The position numbers and the translations under genes were made by a program. The notes under the pieces are model-generated. The model saw only the letters and a list, made by a program, of their open reading frames with translations, was not told the DNA's origin and searched no databases. DNA of 64,000 nt from Haplodiscus bocki (taxonomy: Eukaryota), in contig OZ296649.1 in the NCBI GenBank assembly GCA_965655095.1, positions 106,082,001-106,146,000 on the forward strand. The letters are read 5' to 3'. The stretch's first letter is position 1, and each line of letters opens with the position of its first letter. Below are positions 50,111 through 63,487 of the stretch, piece after piece.

Positions 50111-53100
50111 TGTGTTTCATATTGAAGAGATTGATATGTATAACACCATTTTTTAGGAGGCCGTTGGTCATTTTTAGGACCACGTTTTTACAAAATTAGA
50201 ACTTGTCATATCGCGAAAATAAGCGAACCAAGCAAAAAATCAAATAAGTCATTTTTGATACCTTTCAGTATACCACTAGCCTCTGATGACGTCACAAAAT
50301 GCAAGATATGGATAGGACAAAAAAAAACAAAAGTATAGACCGGTTTCCAATACATATTCTTCCTTTCAGTCAGGATGCGCAGAACGCGGTCGATGATATA
50401 CGCATTAAATTGACAAATCTAAGACTATTTCGAAACAATTAATTGAAACGTATTAGTAAACGTTGCTATTCGCTCCAGCTCGGTAAAGGGAAAGAAACTA
50501 ATCACAAATGAATGAAAGTAAACAAACAAATTATTCGGCTGCACTTTATCGCCCAGCCGGCCAGTTATGAACCGATTTAGCGCGAAGATGCGAGGACAAA
50601 ATAATGAATTCTATACCTCTTGAACAAATAGCCCAATTCCTAGTAGAATTACACAATAAAAATTACAAAAAAGCACGAACGATACTTCGATTACAAGAAA
50701 CATGCAATGTTCACAGCAATGTGCCTAACGAAAAGTCCATTCCAATAATACTTTTGGTTTATCACAATCACTACAAAACATAAGTCAACCGTAGAATAAT
50801 TCAATCGTTTGTTACTTCGAATCGGAAATGTGGCACAGATGCTAAGCGGAGCTCCGCAAAGCTGGACAAAACAAGTTTTTCCAGTATTTTGAAATGTCGT
50901 TAAGAGCACATGACCAATCAAAACTGGAAAAAAGCCTGAAAAACGTGAAATTTTACGATACGAAATAGCAAAATGAATCGATAACCCATTAGAAAAACTG
51001 AAAATCGCCAAACTGTTTCAAACAAACCAATAGTAGGATTTTACTGAGCGAATATCCGAAGTCTTTTGGGAGCGAAAAGTGTGAAAATTAGGAAAAAATG
51101 AAACTTTTACGCATGAGCTTTGGACCATTATCGAAAGTAGGCACACTAAGAAGCATGAGGACTCGACCATGGCTGATAGAGAAGATTCACTCAAAAGAAA
51201 ACGCTTTAAAAAACGTACCGCGAAGTAGCACGTGCCTGTTTTAGCCCATCTGATGCAATTGAAGCAAAAAGATTGATTCGGAGGGCAAAAGAAGAGAACT
51301 AAAGCGACTATCGCAAATTTAGGAACTTTGGCGAGTCGGAAATTCTTCGACTAACGATTTTCTAGCAGAGTACTAAACATTTTATGAAAAGTTGGAAGAG
51401 ATGTCCAATCGCATTTCTTTATTGCGCCTGCAGCAAAAAAAAGCAGATTTGGAAATCACATGACAGGAAATTCTGTGAAAACGTTAAAATAGCTGCTTCT
51501 CTTTCGCTTCAAACCACGAAAAACCTCCTTCAGGAACATATTAAGAGATGCCTGCTGTATGACGCTGCATTTGCACTGCTGCGTTGAAATAGTTTAATAT
51601 CATACTTAGAAGATTGTGGAAAAAGTACAAACTTCCCAAGTTTACGTGAAAGGGCTTACGGCCTACGTCAAAGGGTAATGAACGCCATTTGTTGACAAAA
51701 ATCTCGAACTCCGGTGAAATTCCTCCAAGTGTAACGTTTGGAACTGACTGATGGTCGACTTGTAGTTGGTAGTTGGAACGAACTTAATGCAACAAATCGT
51801 ACTGCAAAAGAGCAAGAATTACGGAAAATAAAGCAAAATACAGCTAGTTTTGAACAATATAAAGCACGAAAACTTGCGCTTTGTTCCAAAAGTTCAAGAA
51901 GTACTGAACAACAAACTTCGATATTAATTAGATCGCACACAAGGGGAAAATGGCTTTGGCAGAGAAAATTACGGCCAAGAAAACAAAATTGTTGCTTAAT
52001 AGTCGAAAGTTTAGTTCAACTGCGAAGATGATGAAACATCATAAATTTTCAGCACGAATTTGAATAAACGTCGAAAAAAATGGATAGTCTGCAGAAAAAT
52101 TCAACCAAGAAATTTTTCAAAATATTAACTGCAGAATTCAGATTATTGGCAATTCAAAAACTTACAAATTTTTCTGAAAAAAAGTTCCAAAAAGGAGCAA
52201 CACAAAAAGATGAAACGCGCAAGAAAATTGGACGCAATGGGATTGAAACCTGATTGTTCATAGTACTTGAGCACACACGGGCGTACCAGAAATTACCTCA
52301 ATTACCACTTACAAACGAAGCTCGTCTCAACACTCATCTCCTGCGAGTTGTGAACTGTACAAGAAGAATTGCCATTGACCACAAAAAGCTGACAGATTAA
52401 GAGCTGAATAAAAGTATAGTGATTCAAGTTTATGTTCGGAGACGACCCTATTGATGTATTAATTTAGAGTGCCGAAAGATAGCGAGAAAGAACTACTTCG
52501 CATGAACAGTTTTCGTTTTTGGCGTAACAACTGCCGAATTTCTCAAACTCTAACGGGTACAAAACTTAGCAGTCAAGAGAGCAGCTTGATTTTGCGATTG
52601 CACACTGGATACTAAAAAACCCGAGAGTCCAAGATGACTTTCCAAAGAAAATGAATATATAAGAACAACACCAACATGACAATCTGTAGCTATTCATTAG
52701 TTTGATATATCCTGTGTTTTTATGCATTCTCTATTTTTGAGGGCATAGATAGAAATTCAAGGTTTCCGATAGCTGCATATTAACTTTCCCATTTTACCTG
52801 CTATTGTCACACGCTAATTTCAAGTTCAGCCCGCAAGTTCTGAATTCGATTGAGGCCAAGCCTGTTATGCCGACAAACGCGGTTAACCAAGGCTCACTCT
52901 CGGAAATTTTGACTGCGATATGCAGGAGCGTTTTCATTCTAGTATGCTGAATCTTCCCCGATAAAGTCAGATCGGTTAGTGTCGAGAAATACCGTGTATT
53001 TTCAGCTATTCATTTTTCATCACTACTTTAAGACATAATTGCACCATAACCTCTGATCGTTACCCATTACATAAGCATCCGGGGTCAGTAGAACGAGGTT

Positions 53101-55610
53101 CTGCACAGGTTATTCTAAATCCGGTACCAACTGACATAAAAACGCCAATTCTTCATGTTCGAGTCGAATTTCGAATTCATATCTCAAAATCTCTTTTTCC
53201 ATCCGTCTCCTGCGCGAAGGAGGAAACTCCGACACCATTCAATAACCAGTTTCGTTTTCGGCTTTTGACAGATCATATTCGCAGCGCTTCTACACTTTTC
53301 ATTCAATAAATGCATAAAAATCCACAAGAGATTGACTGATACTCTTTTTCCAATTGAAACCGCATTAAAATCAGATCTTAACCTTGCAGCGTAGAATTGT
53401 GCCTCGAATTTCGCCAATTTCTCGATTTTGAATTTCTTTTCTTTAACTTTGGTACTTTGCCGTATGGTTTTTTTCGATTCATTACCACCATTTTTTTAAA
53501 AGTCGCAATATGCCGATTTTCAACTACCGTTTTTCGGCATTTTAATTTAGATTCGCCAGCAACTCTCTCGAAAGTCAACATCAAGTGTCAAAATCTCACA
53601 ATATTGCATACAGCAAGAACATTTGAAACTTTTCCCATTTTAAAACCGCAAATCGTCAAAATGAAATCAACCCGTATAGAACCTCTCAGAAAATGTCCAT
53701 GCCGTAAGCCTTTTTGATAAATCAAGTGTTTAGTAGATTTCAAAGGGTTTTCGGATAGTGAAAAAATCGGATTTTCTTTTCGCGCCGGAGTTAGTAGCCC
53801 AAACAAAAATCGTGCGCTAATTGCTATCAAATAAAGTGGACTCATACGTTAACTTTATTATCGCCTTCTTTGTATACACCAGGAGCAAAACGACATGTGA
53901 GACTATGACATTTTGCCCTGAGTTATAACTTTCCCACCAATCTCTCTATCGCATGCAGTAGGCTTACGAGCGAAGTGGAAGAAAGTATAACAAACAAAAC
54001 GCACAAAAATCGTTTGAGATGGCATCCAAATCGTGATGGCCGTAGTAACCGAGCGTAAAGGGCCGTCGTTATTAATCACTACGCCGAAAGCTACCTGACT
54101 GACAAGGTACAAGCGAAGTTCTGCCAACTATTTATCTTGTGCGAGTTGTGAACGCTGCTAGAAAAAAAGGTCGACCGTAAAAAGCGGACCATTTACTAGG
54201 TTAACAGAGGCAAAGTAGAGCTTCGGAAGGATAGCAAAGCAAACTTCGCAAGTTGTCGGACAATTCGGAACATCATTATGCATCAAAGAAAAACAAAAAA
54301 AGTCTCTCAAAAATTAGGTGAACTTTCATGAAATCATCGGAGCGGATTTATAGCTCATTTTAAAAACTGAAAGATGCCACTTTCTTGGAAAAACCATTTC
54401 TTGGATTCATACCAACATCGAAAATTTTTCATTGAAAAACTGCGACTTTCTCAGAAAAAAAGGACTTTTTCATATATGAGGTGTTTAGTCCATCTCCGAA
54501 AACTTAACGAAACCTAGGTAGCCCAAAGTGTGAAATGGCTCAGTCCTCAGTCTTGGCTCAAGAAATAGAGTATTTCAGCGAAATGAAGCCTGAAGAATCT
54601 GTTCAGAGAAGTAGTAAGTGCGTTCTCATCCTACCTGATGCAGTTGTTAGCAAAAGGCTGAATTGGAAAACAGAAAAGCGGAGACTCTACCAGAAATCAC
54701 TTTTTAGCCATCTTTGGCCAACTCTGGAGAATGAGAAGTACCAGTTTGGGAGAAATATTCAAAACTCGAAAAAACGTTCAAAAATCAACACTTTTCATTC
54801 ACGTAAACTGGATGCGTAGTCACAAAGAGAATTAAAAAACAATAGAGCATCAATTATGTTACAAATCTCAAAGTTAGCAAATTTTTACCCGTTAAAAACT
54901 CTAGAAGCGACCATTTTCAAGCAAAATTAACATTTTGAAGAAAAGTTCAAACAAATGTCCTTTCACATGTATTTTTGCAATCGTAGCTATAAAGCAAAAT
55001 TATGAGGCAAAACAGCAAAAATCCATAAATTTTTAGAAAGTAGTCAATTCTCCTTTACCTTAAACGACTGATTAACTATAGCACTGAACATTTTAAAAAC
55101 TGCATGTTGTATCAGGCCATAGTTATGGTTCTGTATCGTAATAGTTCAGCCTATCAGCTAGAAATTCGATATGAAAAGCAACAGTAGAACTCCGGAAAAA
55201 TGCAAAAATAACTAATTTTCCATATTTTTACCATCAAAAACCCTTTTCAACAAAAAAATCTCGAAAGTTGTGAAATTCTCGGAATTTAACGCTTCGTCGT
55301 AATTTATGTCGGATGTGTCGTCAGAAAGATGATTCGTGAGGCAAAGAGTGAAAATTGTGAAAAAAAAACAGCAAAATTGAGCTATTTTTGTACATTAAAA
55401 AGACGAAATTTTGCGCTGTTCTCCAAAAACTCATAGAAATTTTCGTACCTTATGTTGGTATTACTTTCGCCGATATCTTTGAGAAAAAGTAAACTTGACA
55501 GAGAAAATAACAATTTGAGCCAATAAGCAAGATTTAGTTTTGATAGTCGAAATTTTAGTTCAATTGCGACAATGACAAAGTTTGAATTTTCAGACAAAAC
55601 ATGAAAGGAA

Positions 55611-55690
55611 TGGCGGATATGGGATTTGAACCCCGATTGTCCTCTTAACTGAGCGAACAATATTATCGCAACTATCCACTACCCTGACAG
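55611..55690 (-). mobile_element. tRNA-derived (SINE-like) head, degenerate; similar relic at ~52230
   Basis: The minus strand reads GGGTTCAAATCCCATATCCGCCA (B-box-like). No full cloverleaf. Confidence 0.3.
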
Positions 55691-56321
55691 GGACCTGATT
55701 TGGCAGTTATAAGCGAAGTGAAACCCATTGATTTAGTGCACGTTGAGAACGGCATGACAAAAGAAACAGAAAAAACGCGCGTTGACCGTAATAAGCTGAA
55801 GACGTATTTTTCAAAATGTCAAAATAGTCAAATTATCAATATTGTGATCAGTTCAGCTAATCGACAAGGGTTCTCTAAGAGATACGCGGAATACACGACG
55901 CTTCGAATTAAACTGGCTTTCATTCTAACTTCGAAAACCTTAATTTTTCCTGAGAAATAGTACACGATAGAACCAAATAACTTTATTTTGTAATTCAATT
56001 TTGTCGATGAACGAACAGTTTAAATTATATCTAACGATTCTTTTATATAGTTTTCTCGATTTGCAATAAGATTTCAATTCAACAGATTCTAATATTCATG
56101 AGAAGCGATCTCTGCAGCCTGACAATCCAATAAATAATAAGAGGCTAAGATGAATGCACTTTCCAAAAACAGTTGAAGTTGCTGTATCAGATCATTCATA
56201 GACTAAAGTAGCTGGCCAGCTTCGAAGGCGACAGTTTTGAGAGTATCAACCCAACTTTTCTTAGAACAGATAAATGTAAATAACGCTATCGAAAACACCA
56301 GAGTTGCATTCGTAGTACTAT

Positions 56322-59300
56322 TTAAGACAAATACAAACGAGATTTACACCATTTGTGTTTGCTCTCTAACCCTTTGTTGCTTTCCGGGTATCTCAGGACT
56401 TGGTCCCCGAAACGGAAGTACTTCAGTCTTTCATGATTTCTAACTGCATTTTTCATCTTTTCCGGTACGAGTTTTCTATTATGATAACTAGATAAGATAC
56501 ACACATCTAAAGTTTCGAACTGTAGAACATTAGGCAGCAACTTTTCACTGTACTCTTCGTCCAACTCGCGATCCGCTCTCTGAGTTTCTAATCGAAGCAA
56601 CTCCAAGTTGAATTCTGGTTTTATAACATCGCTCCTGTCAAAAATTTTCATCACGCTTTGCAGTTCCACATTCATGTTGAAAACCTCAATGCACAGATTT
56701 TTGAGACATGAAAGAATTTTCAAAGAACACAAATGATCAGAAAAATTGGTATTATATAAAAATATGGAAACAGAAGCAAGGTTCTGAAACGTCCACCATT
56801 GCGTCCGCTGGGTTGTGATTATTTCCAACTTGTCTTCCTTATCTTTGATTAAAGTTTCGTACGTTTGTAAACGAGGAAACATTTTTGGCAAGAAATAGGA
56901 TTGATCTCTGTAGTCCAGAGCACATCTGATAACCAGTGACGCAACTTTGTTAAACACCGGTGTCTCAGTCTCTAAGTCATAGTATGCAGAACCTTTTTCA
57001 AGGTTCAAACGCAAGCAACACAAGCTAGTGAGGCTAGGCAACCCAGATAAAATGTGTAAATCATCAGGGTCAAGTTTGTTAAATGATACATGAGTTACAC
57101 TTTTATGATATGAAAAACTTAGCGCGCAAAGCTCGACACGAAAGTAATCCCAGTTCACTAGAAAAACTCTGTCTTTGGGAATGAATTGCTTTAAAGATTT
57201 CCAGCTCCAAATGCCAGTGACCTGATTTTGTTGAATTCGTCGATGAGAAATTTTCAGATCCACCGTGCTAATAATTGATATTGATTGAAGTTTTGGCAGC
57301 TTGCGCAGAAAATCCTCCACATCAATGCGTTCAGCTATGTTATCTTCGATATCTGAAAAAAAATCAATTGTACTGCATATTTAGTGACGACGTCATCGCA
57401 TCATTCAACGAACAATCTAGCATTCAAGGAAGAAAATCAAACAAATCGCCGAATCTGAAAATCTGATATGCACATTGGTCTCAAACGCTGAAGGGCTGAC
57501 ACTAACACGTTTCTGTTATGCAATAAAACTTCGGTACATGCAAAAGGACACTACTTAAATTGTTGGTATCTGAGTTTTCGGATTATACAAAGAGAGGCAT
57601 CGCTAGAATATTTTGGAAAGGTAAAGCCTATAATTCTGACCAAAATCGTGAGAGAGTACATAATAGCAAATTTTAAATTTCCTAAAAAACGATAAAAATA
57701 AAAAAAATTATAATTCTTTTTACCTTTACAAAGAGTAAGATTCATCTTCTCGCTTGTAACTCTCCTGAAAACGTCGAAAATCACGACTGTTACTCGCTCA
57801 AGATAAACTCAAGCAATATTTGGCATTAATTTCAAAATTGAGCGTTTGGCTTTTTCAACACTTTCTGAATTTTCAATTGAGGTCAAAGATCCTCAGAGAA
57901 ATTTGAAACCAACATCGCAAATATGATTGACACTTTGTAAATTACTTCACCATCTATCAAAAGTGATGTCCAGTCTAACAGATTTTACCAGATTATTAAC
58001 AGATCTGTAAAATTTCCAGTTAGATGAAAACTTTCACCAAGTAACAGACCTGTTGAATTATCCGCGATAATTTAACAGTTAGCCGAGTGAATGGTCGCAA
58101 TATACAAACTATCGGCGGATTAGCAGCCAATAGAAATTGAGAAGCTAATATCTTGTCCCTTTTTTCCAGATTATTGTTTGCACAATGGGATGCAGTTCAT
58201 CATTGCTTCACACAGCTGTTGAAAAGCATTTCTAGTCTATTGCCTCAAAAAAAAAGATGAAAATGTGGATTTGCAAGAAAACCTTAACGTAATAAAACGA
58301 AAAACTTTCTCGTTAACAGCCTGGAACATTCGAAGAGACCGCATCCGGAGGAGCATGCTGCCTTACCAGCTGACAACGCCTGCCCCCCGATCAAAACCAG
58401 ATTGGTGCTAGATTGCAAGTGATGACGGACGAGAATGGATGACAATTGGAAGTTGCCCCGACATTTGCAAACACAATGCTTCCTATGAACCTATTCCGTT
58501 CAAAATGCAACAAAACGTTCCTGAAATCGCTCATTGCATAAGTCTGTTCGTGATTTTAAAACAGTGGAAAGTTACCTGGATTTAGTCGCTAATTCAAATC
58601 TCAAGAAGCTTCAAAGTCTTGATTGAATTGTAATGCAACTCGATCATTGGACAGGCTGCGATGAGGAAAAGATCTTAGTTATCGTTTCATGGATGGATAT
58701 ATACTGGAAGCACAAGGTGCAAGTTATTCATTTTGAGGTCGTGCTTCGAGCTGATGGCAAAACGACGGCGGATGAACTTTTGTATATCCTTCCTAAAAAT
58801 GACCTGGATCGTGATAAATTTGTTGGGTTTCAATCCGACAGTTGCAGTGCAATGATCAAAGGTGTTCGAAAGTTCCGTGCTGCAGCAGATGATGAAGCCG
58901 ATAATGACAGTGACTCCGAGGATGCATTCCTCACTTCAAATGACGACGATGACTATGAAGTTGAGAGTCCCTTCAGAGTTCTGTTCAAAAATCTGTTAAA
59001 ACCTTCCTGACATCAGCAACCTTTCTCGTATTTAAAACATTGATACGTGAAATATGATCTTTTAGGATGCCGTTGTTCATTTTTACAGATCAATTAAAAA
59101 AATAGCACTTTTAGAGCGCCAAAAACTAGTAGCAGCCAAATGTCTAAAAATGTCGGTCGTTTTGGCCATTTGAAATAGATACTAGACTCTCTAATGACGC
59201 TTAAAAATGCAATTTTGAACAGGATGAAAAATGGACGTAATACGGTTTCAATAGTCTTCCTTTCCGTCGAAAACACTTCACTCACAACACAGTTTCTACT

Positions 59301-62300
59301 ATGTTACCAAAATCTGCTATGCTGTAGTTCTTCACCTCGATACAATGCGTAATTTTGCTTCAGCATCAACAGAATCAACTATTTTCCCAACCGCTAACCA
59401 CATTCTACATTTTTCAGCTCCAGAAAAATATTCAGCCAAAAAATGAGTGAACACTCAAGAAGCTTGCGAAAACTATAGCTCTTCGATGGCCTAACACGGA
59501 GTTTATTCACATTTTGGATATCCATAAGTAAACATCCTTGGTACTACTGGACTCATTGTTGACGTGTATCCATCCCATTCAAAACAAAGTTGAAGGTCAA
59601 AATTGACAAAATACTCAGCGATTTTATGCTTGTTTTTAGATGACTTTTGTGGTATTAATACCTATAAGCAAGTCCTCAACAAATGAATGCCAATAAAAAT
59701 GGAGTCACACCCAAAACGAAAACAATCTCTGACTGAATACCTCTTCCTGCAAAACTAATTGAAATATTCCGACAATTCAAGTGACGTAAATTATATCGAG
59801 TATCAAACTTTCAAAAGTCTTTTGGCGCCCGAAACTGATAATAGATTAATTATTTACCGTAGAATTCGGAAAAATCGACTGTTAATTCTTCCAATTCGAA
59901 CCATCGCAAAATCGGGAGATTTGAAGGCTTGAGAGTGTAATTGTTTTCCTCCTGCCATTTGGAGATAACCAGTCTCAACTTCTTGATTCTCCAATTTACT
60001 TGGTCCAAAAACTTTGAATACACTTCCAGTTCCTCATGCTCTGTTGATTCGTCTTGAAGTTCTGATGTTTGTTCAAGATCTGACGATTCCGGTTCAGACT
60101 CTGAAGTCATATTTTTCGATGACATGCTCACTCTTGGCCATGTTTCAACATGCACACACATAATTCCCAGCTCCAAGTAGTCGGGAACGTAGCTCTGATT
60201 TACAAATCTTTTCAAGCCAGTGCAAGTAGCAGCGAGGTTCCTCAAGTGTCTGTTACGTCTATTAGATGGCTCGTCACAACACAGGTAAAATAAGACTTTA
60301 TCAAGTATGTGTTGCGGTAGATCCAGTAAAGTGCGCTCCGTCTAAAAAAGCGTACACGTCTTTTTCCCAAGTCTGTATTTATTAGCTCCATGAATGAGCT
60401 TACTTCCTACCTACAAGTACCGGAATATTTTGAAATTAAGTTTTGCACTTTAACAATTTTTCGGAAAAATTACTAAATTTCGGTTGCTGCAATTGATGTC
60501 AACTCTGAGGCTTCGCGGTTCCTTTCGAAAATGCTCTGCAGTTTCCATTAACAGTTCGGGATTTATTGAAGTGGGAACTGCTGAAAACAAGCCCGGAAGG
60601 TTCAAGTTTACAGACACACTGCATTTAAGGGTCAAAAAATGAAACGGGTATCAACAATTTTTGATACGTTTAACGGAAAAAATGGTGGGACTTCTTACTC
60701 ATAGACGGGTATTTTTCCGAAAATTTTGGGAGTGCAAAAATCTTGGGATTTCTGGCCCCTCAAACCCGAGCCTCAAACTTTTTGGCCTTCCAGCTAGACA
60801 CGTTTTGGTTTCAAGTAGGGGTGCATGATTTATTGATGTCCGGTTAAGTAAATGATAATTGAATGAAAAAGTTATGATAATTGAAGCTTATATCGATTAA
60901 TTGTTCAAGTAATTTCCAAACTTATAATCGCTCCGGATCCTCCGTAGATCGTGCTCCGTTTGCATTGTTTCCACTGAGCGGGTTAATCGCTTCGCTCACA
61001 ATCGCGTTAAGCGTTTTGCGCCACTGTTTCTTTTGCCATTCATGCTTTTCTCTTTTTCTTCCAAGTTTTCCACTTCTGTGGATAGGAGGCCAATCCTTCC
61101 GTTCTCAAAAATTATCAATTCCTCCGCGCGTTCCGAATATATCTGAAGCATACTTTTATGGCCCAATATTTAACCAAATTGAAAAACGAATCGTCTCAAA
61201 AATGGTGGCTCAGTGGAAACTGAGCGTGCCTGAGAAGGTCGGTGATCTCAGATCCAGCCTCGCAGCTTCGATTTTTCCACTTATTCGTCTTAGCGTACAC
61301 CTTTTTCAGCGTAAAGCGATTTGCCATAAGCGATAACTTGCCATGAGAGACAAGTCGCCATTGAAATCAAAAGGCAACAACTTGCCACAAATCAATCGAA
61401 GCGACAGGTTGCCACAAAAAGGAGGGGCGACTTGACATAATAATTTAACTGATTAGATCAAAGCGCACAACCAAGAAATGCGCGCAATAAAAAATAGCAA
61501 GTTATTCCACTGAATAATGAACAATGAACCAGTAACACAAATAATTGAGTCTGCATTAAACTGATGTAGATAATCATCAACTTACAGGTGTGAAAACTCA
61601 AAACAAGTACAAGAAATCATCACTCAGTTGTCTCGAATATAGATACCTTTGTTATTTACACCAGCAAATACCACTCGAATTAGCCATGCCTTTAGAAATT
61701 GTCAAAAGTCAACGGGGAAAGCCCAAACTTAAGCATGAAGGCTACTTGTACTGCCTGTAACGCGAAAAGGATGGATTAAAAACGTGGAGATGCGACAAAA
61801 GACACTGCAAAACCATTGCAACAACGTTCGAAGACAATGTTTTCACGACAAGAGAGCACTTGCACGAACCGGATATGAAGCATTCGGAGCAACTGAAGGT
61901 TTTAGAAAAGATGAGAGGAGGCCGCGAACTCCTACGAGCAGCCAAGAAAAATTGCGCGTGAGTGTGCAGTAGCACTGTCGAAACACAAGAGCTTGGCCCG
62001 AAGCATTGGAAGGCAACGTGGGAGGGGAAATAACCCGACGACATTGAAGGATGTGGCTATTCCATCGGAGCTGCAATTGACATTGCGGTGAGAAAATTTT
62101 CAAGCCTACGACTCTGGTTCTGATGATAGGGAAAGATTTCTAATTTTTAGCAATGAGCAAAATTTGGATCTCGACGAAAGCACTCTCTAATGGCACGCAG
62201 ACGGAACATTTAAATGCCGTCCAGCTGTGTTTTATCAATTGTATATAGTTCATGGTGTCCTAAAAGGACATACAATACCGCTTGTATACAGGCTTTTGAA

Positions 62301-63487
62301 ACACAAAACAAGAAAACTGTATCTCAGAGCTCATAATGAACGAGAAGATATCAACCCGTGTCTTCAGCGTTGTCAAATAGCGATTGACTTTGAAATCGCT
62401 TGCTTGTTGGCTTTCGAAGAGTTATTTCCGAAAGTTTCCATCAAAGGAGAATACATTTTGTAATTTTGTTGTTAAACCACATTGTATTTCGTTTTAGAAA
62501 AAAATAGTGTCTTTTAGAGTCTTGCGTATCATTGGCCCTAATTCCTCGCGAAGACGTAATTATGGGCTTCGATCAAGTATGCTCGGCATCGGAAAGTTTT
62601 CCAGAAATCAAAAGTTATCTCGAATACTTCGAACGAACTTGGCTTGGAAGTCCTGGTCGCGAAATGGTAACCCGTGGTCAAAAATTCCCCTGAAAATCCT
62701 GCAGTCATGGATATGTTTTGAATCAAAAACTAATTTGAAATAGTAAAACAGTCGAGATCCCAAAATAGCAATTTTTGAATTTACATGTCTTAACATGTAA
62801 TTTTGAAATTGGCATATTTATTACGTCCATTTTTAGAAAAACTAAATAACTTTATATCGAAAGGTATCGAAAGCTTCAGAGGACTTTTTTGGGAAAAGTT
62901 TGGCGAAGAGTTTATAACATCCTCAAAATTAGGAAAACGCTTAAAATCAATAAAAATTTTCTCAATAGGACCAATAATATTTGCGTATTTATCTTGATTA
63001 TCCAATGAGATTTCTCAAATTACGTCTATTTTGAGTGACGTGATGCTTTTGTTTTAGAATCACAACTGTATTCGCGTCCTACCTTTTCATTTTGAGTCTT
63101 GTCGATTTTCGCACGTTTTGCTTCAGATGCACAGTTAGTATGGGCCTCGTTAGAGCATGCTTGATCGTAAATCACACCCACAAACTTTCGAGCAAAGCTT
63201 TCGGGATCATCGTATATCACAGGAGTCGGTTTCGGAAGATCATAAAATTTTGCCGGCCAGCAATCTTCTGCCAAAGCCTCTGATACTTTCTCTTCCAAAT
63301 CAAATTCTTCATCCTCAGATGACGTTTCATTTTCTGAGTCAGCATATTCTTCCTCGAAATAAGCTCTTTCATACAGGAAATCGAGTGGGTCATAATAACC
63401 ATCATATTCATAATCCTCATAATCTGGATAAAATACATGAAAATAATCTTCATAATCTTCAGAATCTGAATCAAATAGTTCGTCCAT
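56322..63487 (-). CDS. F-box protein copy A, apparently intact: join(63487..63083, 60341..59858, 57352..56322), 639 aa
   Basis: GT-AG junctions are phase-compatible: AAG|GTAGG (63082), TTTTTTAG|ACG (60342), TACG|GTAAAT (59857), TTTTTCAG|AT (57353). 405+484+1031=1920 nt, open throughout. Architecture: acidic N-terminus, F-box LLDLPQHILDKVLFYL..LRNLAATC, LRR-like C-terminus (LPKLQSISI, LPSLTSLCC, FPRLQTY, LSCLKNLCI). Confidence 0.85.
58633..59010 (+). mobile_element. hAT-like transposase fragment in intron 2 of copy A
   Basis: LDHWT..ADGKTTADELLYIL..DLDRDKFVGFQSDSCSAMIKG resembles the hAT catalytic D.....D.AS.M.G region. Confidence 0.55.
61330..62700 (+). mobile_element. MULE (Mutator-like) transposon relic with FLYWCH domain, in intron 1 of copy A
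   Basis: From ATG 61686: SQRGKPKLKHEGYLY..WRCDKRHCK..EHLHEP (FLYWCH); WHADGTFKCRPAVFYQLYIVH..IPLVY.LL..IDFE (MULE); YFERTWLG. Subterminal repeats [AC]A[ACG][CG]TTGCCA at 61335-61420. Contains stops and frameshifts. Confidence 0.85.

Noticed and set aside
50150-56300. Protein-coding genes among the short ORFs
   Set aside because: No motifs or consistent exon structure; looks like decayed repeats and intergenic DNA.
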